This document shows, piece after piece, positions 10,744 to 18,151 of a stretch of 18,462 bases of DNA. Each line of letters starts with the position of its first letter. The stretch's first letter is position 1. The notes beneath the pieces were generated by a model. That model worked only from the letters and a program-made list of their open reading frames with translations. It was not told the origin of the DNA and searched no databases. This DNA comes from Paramoeba atlantica (Eukaryota > Protista > Discosea): contig CDRNVI010000126.1 of the NCBI GenBank assembly GCA_977017575.1, positions 1 through 18,462 of the forward strand, given 5' to 3'. Position numbers and translations under genes: made by a program.

Positions 10744-11740
10744 CTACCTCCTATTCATTGTTAATATTATAATATACTTTTTAACTTAATATTAATTTAG
10801 AAACCTTAATTTATAATCTGGGCTCTTTCCCTCTTGATATACAACCTTTTCGCCATATATCGAAATTAAAATTTTTACTTTAATTTATTTGAAGTTCATA
10901 TGGATTCAACAACCCAATATGGTAGCTCTACCTTATATAAATTTAAATTTCATCTCTACTTAAATAGATTTCGTAGAAAACCAGCTATCTCCAAGTTTGA
11001 TTAGCCTTTCACCCCTAATCATAGGTCATCCCAATATATTGCAACATAAACGGGTTCGATCCTCCATTAATATTTAATTAACTTCAATCTGCCCATGACT
11101 AGATCACTTGGTTTCGGGTCTAATTATTATAACTATAAATATATTAATTACAATTAAAAAATTTAATAATTTTTTATTTTGCTACAATAATTAACTCACT
11201 GACCCATTATGCAAAAGGTACCTTTTAACATATAATTATTTATGCTTAAAGTGCTATTTAGTATTAAATTTCAAAATCTATTTCAACATTTTTAAAAAAT
11301 TTCTTTTCATCTTTCCTTCACAGTACTTTTTCACTATCGCTCAATAATAATTCTTTAGCCTTTAGAGATGGTACTCTAATCTTCAAACAAATTTAGTTTT
11401 TATTTTACTCAAAACCAATAATAATAATAAAAAATAACAAGACTATTACTTATTTTGTTAATTATTCCAAATTATTATATTTTTTATTTATATTATTGTT
11501 TAATTTAGCTATTTTATTTTCGCTCGCCACTACTAATAATATCATTTTTATTTTTTTTAACTAATTACTAAGATGATTCAATTCATTAGATATTCTTTAA
11601 TTATTTAATTTAATTGGGTTTTCCCTTTAGATACGTGAATATTGAAAAATTATTATTATTTTACTTTCACATTACGTTTTAAAACGTCTATAAACTTATT
11701 ATTGGCAAGATATCCGTTTAATACTATTTTAAATTTATAA
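8972..11740 (-). rRNA. rnl: Mitochondrial large-subunit rRNA (ends approximate, no intron evident)
   Basis: The plus strand shows complements of conserved 23S blocks: ccgaactgtctcacgacgttctgaaccca, cgacatcgaggtgccaaac, cctgttatccctagcgtacc, gacaaggaatttcgctacctt, accagctatctccaagtttgattagcctttcaccc. Length of about 2.77 kb leaves no room for an intron. Confidence 0.97.
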
Positions 11741-11799
11741 AAAAATTTTAAAATGATTTGTTTAAAAATTATTCAACATTATTATATATTTTAATCAAA

Positions 11800-11880
11800 T
11801 GGAAGTGGTAGGATTCGAACCTACGATGTATAAATACAATAGATTTACAGTCTACCGCTTTACCGCTCAGCCACACTATA
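11800..11880 (-). tRNA. trnY: tRNA-Tyr(GUA)
   Basis: Anticodon arm GTAGA-CTGTAAA-TCTAT. Acceptor TATAGTG/CACTTCC is mismatched at positions 1-3. Confidence 0.94.
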
Positions 11881-11888
11881 AAAAATTA

Positions 11889-11962
11889 TAATTGGTATAG
11901 GACTCGAACCTATATCTAATGATTTAGAAGATCATAATTTTAACCAATTAAACTAACCAATT
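11889..11962 (-). tRNA. trnR: tRNA-Arg(UCU)
   Basis: Anticodon arm ATGAT-CTTCTAA-ATCAT. Acceptor AATTGGT/ACCAATT fully paired. Confidence 0.94.
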
Positions 11963-11989
11963 AAATACAAAACAACAAAAATAGGTTGA

Positions 11990-12229
11990 TTAAGTATATA
12001 AGATTAAGAAAGCCATCATTAGGGCAAACAGAGCAATTGCTTCTGTTAATGCGAAACCTAATAAAGTATAACCAAATAAATCGTTTTTAATTGTAGTATT
12101 ACGTGAATAAGCAATTAAAAAAGCTCCAAAAACTATTCCTATACCTACTCCAGCACCTGCTAAACCTATAGTAGCTAAACCAGCACCTACTTTTTTTGCA
12201 AAAATTAACATAATTTCTTGTCCTGCCAT
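11990..12229 (-). CDS. atp9: ATP synthase subunit c (subunit 9)
   Basis: [21 protein letters not shown] and [21 protein letters not shown] with the catalytic Glu. Confidence 0.97.
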   Translation of the reverse strand: MAGQEIMLIFAKKVGAGLATIGLAGAGVGIGIVFGAFLIAYSRNTTIKNDLFGYTLLGFALTEAIALFALMMAFLILYT

Positions 12230-12328
12230 TTTCGAAAATATTTTTATACATATATTTTACTAATTAATAAAAATTCAAAATTGATTACATATTCAAATGT
12301 AATCCATAATAATATTTACGTAATTATA

Positions 12329-12401
12329 TAAGAAGAGTAGGACTCGAACCTACATCTGTGGCTCATGAGACCACTGAGTTAACCTATTACTCCATCTTAA
12401 A
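12329..12401 (-). tRNA. trnM: tRNA-Met(CAU), possibly initiator
   Basis: Anticodon arm GTGGT-CTCATGA-GCCAC. A11:U24 pair as in initiator tRNAs. Acceptor TTTAAGA/TCTTCTT is mismatched at positions 1-3. Confidence 0.9.
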
Positions 12402-12419
12402 AAATAATTAACTCATCGT

Positions 12420-12502
12420 TATTGGAGGAGGGACTCGAACCCTCAAGCCTAAAAGGCAATAGATTTTAAGTCTATCATGTTTACCAATTCCATCACACCA
12501 TT
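12420..12502 (-). tRNA. trnL: tRNA-Leu(UAA)
   Basis: Anticodon arm ATAGA-CTTAAAA-TCTAT, long variable arm. Mismatches A2xA71 and U6xU67. Confidence 0.92.
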
Positions 12503-12511
12503 AAAAAATAA

Positions 12512-12652
12512 TTAATAAAAATTTTTTGTATATGAAAATAAAAATATTATCTCTTATACAAACCCCCCAAACCCCCCTTATTATATGTGACAAATAATAT
12601 ACTTAAATCAGTGTATAATAGATTTCAAAAATTTACAAAAAAATTTTATTAA
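12512..12652. repeat. 19-bp inverted repeat (18/19 match) enclosing a tandem (AAACCCCCC)2 tract
   Basis: Arms at 12512-12530 and 12634-12652. C6 tracts at 12563-12568 and 12572-12577. Confidence 0.65.
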
Positions 12653-12678
12653 ATTAAATTAATACGGATAAAATAATT

Positions 12679-12750
12679 TCATTTCTAAGGGATTTGAACC
12701 CTTATTTCTGCTGTGAAAGAGCAATGTCCTAACCATTAGACGAAGAAAAA
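12679..12750 (-). tRNA. trnE: tRNA-Glu(UUC)
   Basis: Anticodon arm TTGCT-CTTTCAC-AGCAG. U2xU71 mismatch and U1:G72 wobble. Confidence 0.93.
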
Positions 12751-13055
12751 TAAATCATATATTATTAAAGTAAGATATATCTAAAATAAATAATCATATT
12801 AATTTACTAATTTTTTATTTTATTAAAAAAATAAAATCTTTTTAAATTACTATAATTATTTATTTTATAATTTTTTTCTCTTTTTAAAAAAATTTTAAAG
12901 TAAAATATGTATGTTTTATGACTGTTATTTCATATGGTAAATGTACATTTTATCATAAATTGATATAATAGATATAATAGATAATATTTTATATTTTATA
13001 TACAAAACATCTTGATTATATAGTAATAAAATAAACATATTTTATTATATTTTTA

Positions 13056-13129
13056 TGCGGAGGAAGGGATTCGAACCCTCATCTTTTAACTCGACAGGTT
13101 AAAGCTTTAGCCTATTAAGCTACCTCCTT
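13056..13129 (-). tRNA. trnD: tRNA-Asp(GUC)
   Basis: Anticodon arm TTAAC-CTGTCGA-GTTAA. Acceptor AAGGAGG/CCTCCGC is mismatched at 1 and 2. Confidence 0.94.
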
Positions 13130-13142
13130 GTTATTATAATTA

Positions 13143-13213
13143 TCAGGACGATAGGATTTGAACCTATAACGTCTACACCCAAAATAGATATTTTACCTTT
13201 AAACTACATCCTT
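13143..13213 (-). tRNA. trnP: tRNA-Pro(UGG)
   Basis: Anticodon loop TTTGGGT. A1xG72 mismatch. Confidence 0.93.
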
Positions 13214-13247
13214 ATAAAAAATATTTTTTCTTTTTTTATACATACAA

Positions 13248-13321
13248 TACAGATGAGGGGACTCGAACCCCTAAAATTTAGTGCCTAAAACTAATATGTC
13301 TACCAATTCCATCACATCTAT
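13248..13321 (-). tRNA. trnL: tRNA-Leu(UAG), short variable loop
   Basis: Anticodon arm TTAGT-TTTAGGC-ACTAA. D-arm resembles trnL(UAA). Variable region is only ATTTT. Confidence 0.88.
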
Positions 13322-13387
13322 CTTTACAAATTAATAAAAAAATTTTAATAAAATATATATTTTATTAATTTTATTATTCTTAATTTA

Positions 13388-13460
13388 GGTAAGAAATGAG
13401 ACTTGAACTCATACTATCGAAATCACAACTCGATGTGCTAACCTATTACACCATTCCATA
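13388..13460 (-). tRNA. trnH: tRNA-His(GUG)
   Basis: Anticodon loop TTGTGAT, C73. Acceptor TATGGAA/TTCTTAC is mismatched at 1-3. Genomic -1 base is A, not G. Confidence 0.93.
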
Positions 13461-13466
13461 TTTTTA

Positions 13467-13539
13467 TAGATAGTATAGGGCTCGAACCTATAACCCTCAG
13501 CTTAAAAGGCCGATGCTCTACCAATTGAGCTAACTATTT
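13467..13539 (-). tRNA. trnK: tRNA-Lys(UUU)
   Basis: Anticodon arm TCGGC-CTTTTAA-GCTGA. A2xC71 mismatch. Confidence 0.95.
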
Positions 13540-13548
13540 TTTTATTTA

Positions 13549-13621
13549 TAACCCCAGATAGACTCGAACTATCAATTTGCACTTATCAAATGCATGTTTT
13601 AACCAATTAAACTATAGGTAT
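13549..13621 (-). tRNA. trnI: tRNA-Ile(GAU)
   Basis: Anticodon arm TGCAT-TTGATAA-GTGCA. Mismatches U2xU71 and A3xG70. Confidence 0.93.
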
Positions 13622-13648
13622 TTATTATATTTATATTAAATTTAAAAA

Positions 13649-13720
13649 AGTTAGGAACGGACTCGAACCGATATCTATAGATTTGCAATCAATTATAATA
13701 ACCATTTATACTATCCTTAA
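13649..13720 (-). tRNA. trnC: tRNA-Cys(GCA)
   Basis: Anticodon loop TTGCAAA, U73. The T-stem 3' side appears to lack one base (CCGT for CCGAT). In that register positions 1 and 3 are mismatched. Confidence 0.85.
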
Positions 13721-13734
13721 AAAAAATTTTTAAT

Positions 13735-13805
13735 ACTTAGGAGTAGGACTCGAACCTACACGATTTGCTGCCAAAAAACAATACTTACCTTTCAGTCACC
13801 CTATT
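13735..13805 (-). tRNA. trnQ: tRNA-Gln(UUG)
   Basis: Anticodon arm TTGTT-TTTTGGC-AGCAA. Acceptor AATAGGG/TCCTAAG is mismatched at 1 and 2. Confidence 0.92.
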
Positions 13806-13837
13806 TTATTATATTTAATTATATCATCTATAATTAA

Positions 13838-13909
13838 CACAGTTGATAGGATTTGAACCTATGTCATTAGTTTTGAAGACTAATATGTTAACCACTACAC
13901 TACAACTAT
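13838..13909 (-). tRNA. trnW: tRNA-Trp(UCA), UGA-decoding
   Basis: Anticodon arm TTAGT-CTTCAAA-ACTAA, G73, acceptor ATAGTTG/CAACTGT. No long arm, so it is not tRNA-Sec. Confidence 0.94.
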
Positions 13910-13912
13910 TTA

Positions 13913-14392
13913 TCCATCTTTATTGGTGAGCAAGCTGTTACTCAGGGCTTAGCCGATAACATCAACACATTCGATAACTTGCTTGCTGGATTTCAACAGC
14001 AAACTTCTCAACCCATTTATTCATACTCACAGGAGACATCTACTATGACTGAGAAAACATCTGAAAATACTGTATCAATCGATGCAGCAAATTTACTAGA
14101 AAAAGGCAAAGTGCAAGAACACGCTCGCATCCAAGCTATCTTAACCTGTAGGGCAGCTGAGCATCGAGAAAAGTTAGCACAACACCTGGCATTTGCGACC
14201 AACATGGATGTCGAGCTTGCAAAACAAACGTTAGCGTCTGCACCGACATCATCATCGCAAACAACCGATACCACTGGCTTTCAAGCGGCAATGAATAAAC
14301 TTGATAACCCTGACATTGTGCCAAGCAGTGCATCGGATAATGAAGAGAGTGAAGAGATTGACTCGGTTGTTAAACGTATCGCGAGTTATTAA
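13913..14392 (+). CDS. C-terminal part of phage S49 head-maturation protease/scaffold (lambda gpC/Nu3-like), 5' truncated at the junction
   Basis: Frame upstream of the supplied ORF reads SIFIGEQAVTQGLADNINTFDNLL, the end of an S49 domain. EHARIQAILTC...EKLAQHLAFATNMDVELAKQTLASAP resembles the scaffold domain. Confidence 0.85.
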   Translation, partial: SIFIGEQAVTQGLADNINTFDNLLAGFQQQTSQPIYSYSQETSTMTEKTSENTVSIDAANLLEKGKVQEHARIQAILTCRAAEHREKLAQHLAFATNMDVELAKQTLASAPTSSSQTTDTTGFQAAMNKLDNPDIVPSSASDNEESEEIDSVVKRIASY

Positions 14393-14492
14393 TGGCACTT
14401 TGGATAATCGCATTTCTATTAATTAAGCGGAGGAAACCAACATGAGCGCAAAAGGCTTTACTGACCAGGGGTCAATTACCCCCGATAATTTA

Positions 14493-15056
14493 TAGTCCTC
14501 TAAATGGTTAAAACCCCCGTCTTCCAGACGGGAAAATCTTCAGATCTTGTTGTATGATGTGGGCATGGGCAACTATACGCACAGTCACCATACGGGTCTA
14601 CCACCATCGATACCACATTGTTTGGGTAACGAAGTATCGTTATAAAGTTTTGCAAGGTGAGCTACGTCTTCGCGTTCGTGCTCTTGTAGCGCAAGTAGCT
14701 GAGGAAATGGGGGTTGAAATACTCAATGGAGTATTGTCAACAGAGCACATCCATCTTTTTGTTAGTATTCCACCGCATATTTCAGTAAGTGATTTTGTTA
14801 AAAAGGCAAAGGGTCGTTCATCGCGCAAAATCCAGCAAGAGTTTCCTAGTATTCGCAAACGCTATTGGGGCAGGCATTTTTGGGGTCGTGGGATATTTTA
14901 GTAGCACAAGTGGCAATGTAACAGATGATATCATTATGCTTACATTGATAATCATGTTGATGCTCATAAAGTGGATTATGAATCGAATATGTCTTTAGAC
15001 TGATACCGGCTTCAGCCTAGATCTCCAACCCACCAACTTCTAGTTGGTGTGGTTGA
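14493..15056 (+). mobile_element. IS200/IS605-family insertion sequence (tnpA only), about 564 bp
   Basis: Left hairpin CCCGTC-TTCCA-GACGGG and right hairpin CACCAACT-TCT-AGTTGGTG. No terminal inverted repeats or target duplication. Excision restores the decoration gene frame. Confidence 0.9.
14565..15003 (+). CDS. tnpA: Y1 (HUH) transposase TnpA with three apparent 1-nt indels
   Basis: YHHRYHIVWVTKYRYKVL, HUH motif EHIHLFV, KGRSSRKIQQEFP, FWGRGYFSSTSGNVTDDIIMAYID after correcting indels near 14594, 14891 and 14937. Stop TGA 15001-15003. Confidence 0.9.
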
Positions 15057-15393
15057 GTTGCAGGGGAATTCCCTTGCGTACAACGTACAGAGACTATCAC
15101 TGGCGGTATGAAGTTACCCCGTGGTGCGGTGTTAGGCCGCATCAACGACTCGGGCCTTTTTACATTAAGTAAATTACGTGCCGGTGATGGCTCCCAACTC
15201 CCCGTCGCCATCTTGGCTGAAGACTGTGATGCCACCAGCGATACCCAAGCGGTGGTCTATCACGCAGGAGAATTCAATGCCAAAGCCTTAACCTATGGTG
15301 AGGGTCATACAGTTAAGTCGGTATGGGAGGCTCGACGCGCGGCAGCAGGTAACAACACCTTATTTCTACGTAATAATCAAGAGGCTTAACCCT

Positions 15394-16323
15394 ATGGATA
15401 TCTTTTCCACCTTTGTTTAAATCGCACGATTGAATGTTTAGCGCGTTCATCATCATTTTTGTAGATACTTTCTTTACTTCTGTGCAAATGGAAGAAAGTG
15501 CGGAAATTCATTTTTGATATTAATGATCTAAGCCACGGCTAGCGCCCTTCGTCTCTCCACTGGTAGCCGGTAAGTCGTTGATGCACAAGGCTACAGCACC
15601 CAAAGTTTTAGACCCGCTATGTGAAAGATAAACGCCGCTTTGATGCCAATACACCGCTTAAACGTGTGATTGGAGAGACCATCGGTGGCAGTCTTCCGGC
15701 TAACCGACGGTTAGAAGCCGCTATTAGCAAAGCATTGCGTGACCAATTAGAAAACTTAACCCGTCGTGAAGAAGTGATGGCAGCCGAAGTGTTAACCAAA
15801 GGCACCGTCACCGTATCTGGCGACAATTACCCAACGCAAGTGGTTGACTTCAAACGTGACCCGAAGCTCACCATTAAACTCTCAGGCAATAATGATAAGT
15901 GGAGCAATCCAGAATCGCCTGCACTTGACCAGTTAGAAGATTGGGCCAGCTTGATTCAAGAAAAATCCGGAGCCGTGGCGCGACGTGTTATCCTTGACCC
16001 TAAAGCCTGGCGGTTATTACGCAAGAACAAACAAATCATTGCGCAGCTTGATATTCGTCGTGGCACCAATGTGACATTGGATACAGACCCAATGGGTCGT
16101 GGCCAAGGCAATGAAAAGCACGGTATGTTGGCTCTATTGGTGACTTTGATTTCCATGTTTACAATGACGTCTATGTGGATGATGAGAATTCCGTACAACA
16201 TTTGTTACCTGACTATACGGTATTACTGGTCAGCCAACAAAACTTAGAAGGCACACGGTGTTATGGCATGATACGAGATGAAAAAGGCAGACTTTCGGGC
16301 AATGCGTTATTTCAGCAAAAGTT
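15394..16323 (+). pseudogene. Phage major capsid protein E family, multiply frameshifted and truncated by IS66
   Basis: Reconstructed MDIFST...FLLDTFF...APFVSPLVAGKVV...FRPAYVKDKRRFD, LTRREEVMAAEVL, VVDFKRD, and ...AMRYFSKS(W) cut at 16323. Confidence 0.85.
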
Positions 16324-16520
16324 GTATGCTTCCAGTAACGTTGCGTGACGATGTTGCATTTACCAATTATTCTGTGTAGGGCAATTTGTTTTTAACATTT
16401 TGCCTGTTGCAATTTTTCTTCTATGTAATTTATCTGCCCTTGCAATTTGCATTAATGGGATCAGACTTGCCTCTAGGTTAAGTTATGGTGACTGACCGAT
16501 GTAAGCAACAGGGATTATTT

Positions 16521-18151
16521 ATGAAGAAACCAGAAACGATCGATTTAAGTCATGCGGAGGCAGAGTCGTTACTGTCACGACTTGAAACTGGCGACTATCA
16601 GAGAGTGATCGGAAAGTATGTAGCAGTGCATTGCGCATGGTATTTGGCTGCAAGGCCAATTAATCGAAGCAAGCTGAGTATCCGACGATGAAGAGGTTAT
16701 TCGGAATACGTAGCGAAAAAAAGGGTTAACGGGTACATCGACGTCATCCAGCGCTTGTGACAAAGAGCCAAAGCAAACTGACACTGTTAAGGAAACAGAT
16801 GTCCCCAAGGAGAAAAACAAAGGGCATGGGCGTCATGGAGCGGATGATTATGTTGCTGCAGAGGTTATCAAAGTGACAGATGAACGTTACTACTTCAGGG
16901 GCACCCTGCCTGCATATTGATTGCCAAGGTCGTTTGTATTTATGGAATAAACCATCAAAGGTGATCCGTTTGTTAGGTCAAACCGATGGCGCGCGTTGTG
17001 CGTTATGACCGAGAAGTCTATCGTTGCGGATTGTGTTTAACCTTATTTACCGTGCCATTACCCAAAGAGTGTGGCAAAGCGGTCTATAGCGATAGTTTCA
17101 AAGCGGTATTAGCGGTGAACCATTATGTTTTTGGTTTGCCCTTTTATCGCATAGCGAAGTACCACGAAGCGCAAGGTATTCCTCTGCCAAACATCGAATC
17201 AATTTGCGTGTATGGAAGAGATATTTAATCAGGTACTACCGGTTATCAAGCCTTACAACCGTTGCGGCTAATGGTGAGTTGATTCAATTTGATGACACAA
17301 CAGCGAAGGTACAAAGTTTATTATTAGAGAACCAGCAACTAGATGAGAAAGCGCGCCGTGGCATATTTACCACAGCGTCGATATCAAACGTCGGCGACAA
17401 TAAAAGTGGTCCTGGTTTTCACAGGACGCTCGCATGCTGGAGAGAATATCACAGCACTGCTTGAGAAACGTGATGCTCAATTAACAGATGTTATTTTAAT
17501 GTCAGATGCACTGAGTCGAAACCGCATTAAAGAAGAAGCCATCGCTGAGCAGACTCACGTCAGCTATTGCTTGGCCCATGCCAGACGCTATTTTTTCGAG
17601 TGTAAAGACGTTTATCCCAAGGTGTGTCAACCGGTGTTAGAGTGGATTGGCCAGGTGTATCAACACGAGCGTCATTGTAAAGCTAATGGCTATACACCAG
17701 AGCAACGTCTGCATTATCATCGCCGTCACTCCAAGCCAGTGATGAAACGGTTGCGCCGATTTTGGATAAGTGCATTAGAAAACGCTGGGCAGAACCTAAC
17801 AGTAGTGGTGGTAAAGCCATCAACTATATGCGCAAACATTTTCAACCGCTAACGTTATTTTTATCGGTACCCGGGGCCATTATAGACAATAACGACACGG
17901 AACGTTTAATTAAGATTGCGCCGGTAATGTACCGTAAGAATTCGCAACAATATCGTACAACGTATGGTGCCATGATTGGCGATGCATTAATGAGCCTATT
18001 ATTCACGGCACAATATGCCGGTGTTGACCCGGTGGATTATTTGCAAAGCATGTTGTTATATAAAGACGAATTAGGGGATTGTGCTACGGATTGGTTGCCT
18101 TGGTGTTATAAGGAGACCCTCAATACCGAGACATTAGCCAAAGCGGCTTAG
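16521..18151 (+). pseudogene. tnpC: IS66 DDE transposase TnpC, fragmented by many single-base indels
   Basis: Fragments carry YRCGLC, LPFYR, IQFDDT, MSDALSRN, CLAHARRYF, KAINYM, IDNNDTERLIK, SLLFTAQYAGVDPVDYL. Ends TAG 18149-18151. Confidence 0.88.

Larger units (their letters stand above)
1..13912 (-). other. Protist mitochondrial genome segment (probably amoebozoan), translation table 4
   Basis: Very AT-rich. Contains nad7, nad9, atp9, rns, rnl, ribosomal protein genes and 18 tRNAs, all on the minus strand. In-frame TGA falls at conserved Trp sites and trnW(UCA) is present. Taxon is inferred from rpl11 retention, the rps12-rps7-rpl2-rps19-rps3 order and the tRNA 5' mismatches. Confidence 0.95.
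14442..15389 (+). pseudogene. Phage head decoration protein (lambda gpD-like), split by an IS200 element
   Basis: GGAGG RBS, then ATG 14442 MSAKGFTDQGSITPDNL (to 14492). Resumes in frame at 15057 with VAGEFPCVQRTETITGGMKLPRGAVLG...AILAEDCDAT...YHAGEFNAKAL. Confidence 0.85.
13913..16323 (+). mobile_element. Lambda-like prophage head module remnant (S49 protease/scaffold, decoration protein, major capsid), disrupted by two IS elements
   Basis: Gene order C/Nu3-D-E as in lambdoid head operons. Standard genetic code and bacterial base composition. Confidence 0.85.

Noticed and set aside
12283-12304. Hairpin GATTACAT-ATTCAA-ATGTAATC upstream of atp9
   Set aside because: An 8-bp stem alone is too weak to assign a function in AT-rich DNA.
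12503-12678. Possible rnpB or tmRNA in the spacer
   Set aside because: I found no P4 motifs (GGAAAGTC / ACAnAAnnnnGCTTA) and no T-arm with acceptor stem.
12925-13038. 37-aa minus-strand ORF in the 300-nt spacer, with a short GATATAATA tandem
   Set aside because: Too short, no motif, and expected by chance.
12329-13909. Recurring GGATTCGAACC / GGACTCGAACC motif as a CRISPR or repeat array
   Set aside because: These are the T-loops of consecutive tRNA genes.
1-13912. Reduced bacterial endosymbiont or plastid genome rather than mitochondrion
   Set aside because: nad7, nad9 and atp9 sit outside their bacterial operons, the SSU rRNA has no anti-Shine-Dalgarno, and the mismatched tRNA ends and gene set fit mtDNA.
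13838-13920. Prophage integrated at trnW as an att site
   Set aside because: The junction is at the tRNA 5' end and inside a head gene, with no integrase or duplicated tRNA 3' segment.
14017-14333. Minus-strand ORFs 14017..14274 and 14136..14333
   Set aside because: Antisense shadows of the S49/scaffold gene.
14640-16201. Minus-strand ORFs 14640..14858, 15017..15235, 15617..15826, 15956..16201
   Set aside because: Antisense to tnpA, the decoration gene and the capsid gene, with no recognisable motifs.
16381-16448. Three GCAATTT copies near the IS66 end as transposase-binding repeats
   Set aside because: Short, unevenly spaced (28 and 33 nt), and the other IS end is not available for comparison.
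16501-16513. GTAAGCAAC as the IS66 terminus
   Set aside because: It is only 20 nt from the tnpC start, and capsid homology already ends at 16323, which favours 16324.
16575-16820. 81-aa minus-strand ORF
   Set aside because: Antisense to the tnpC N-terminal region.
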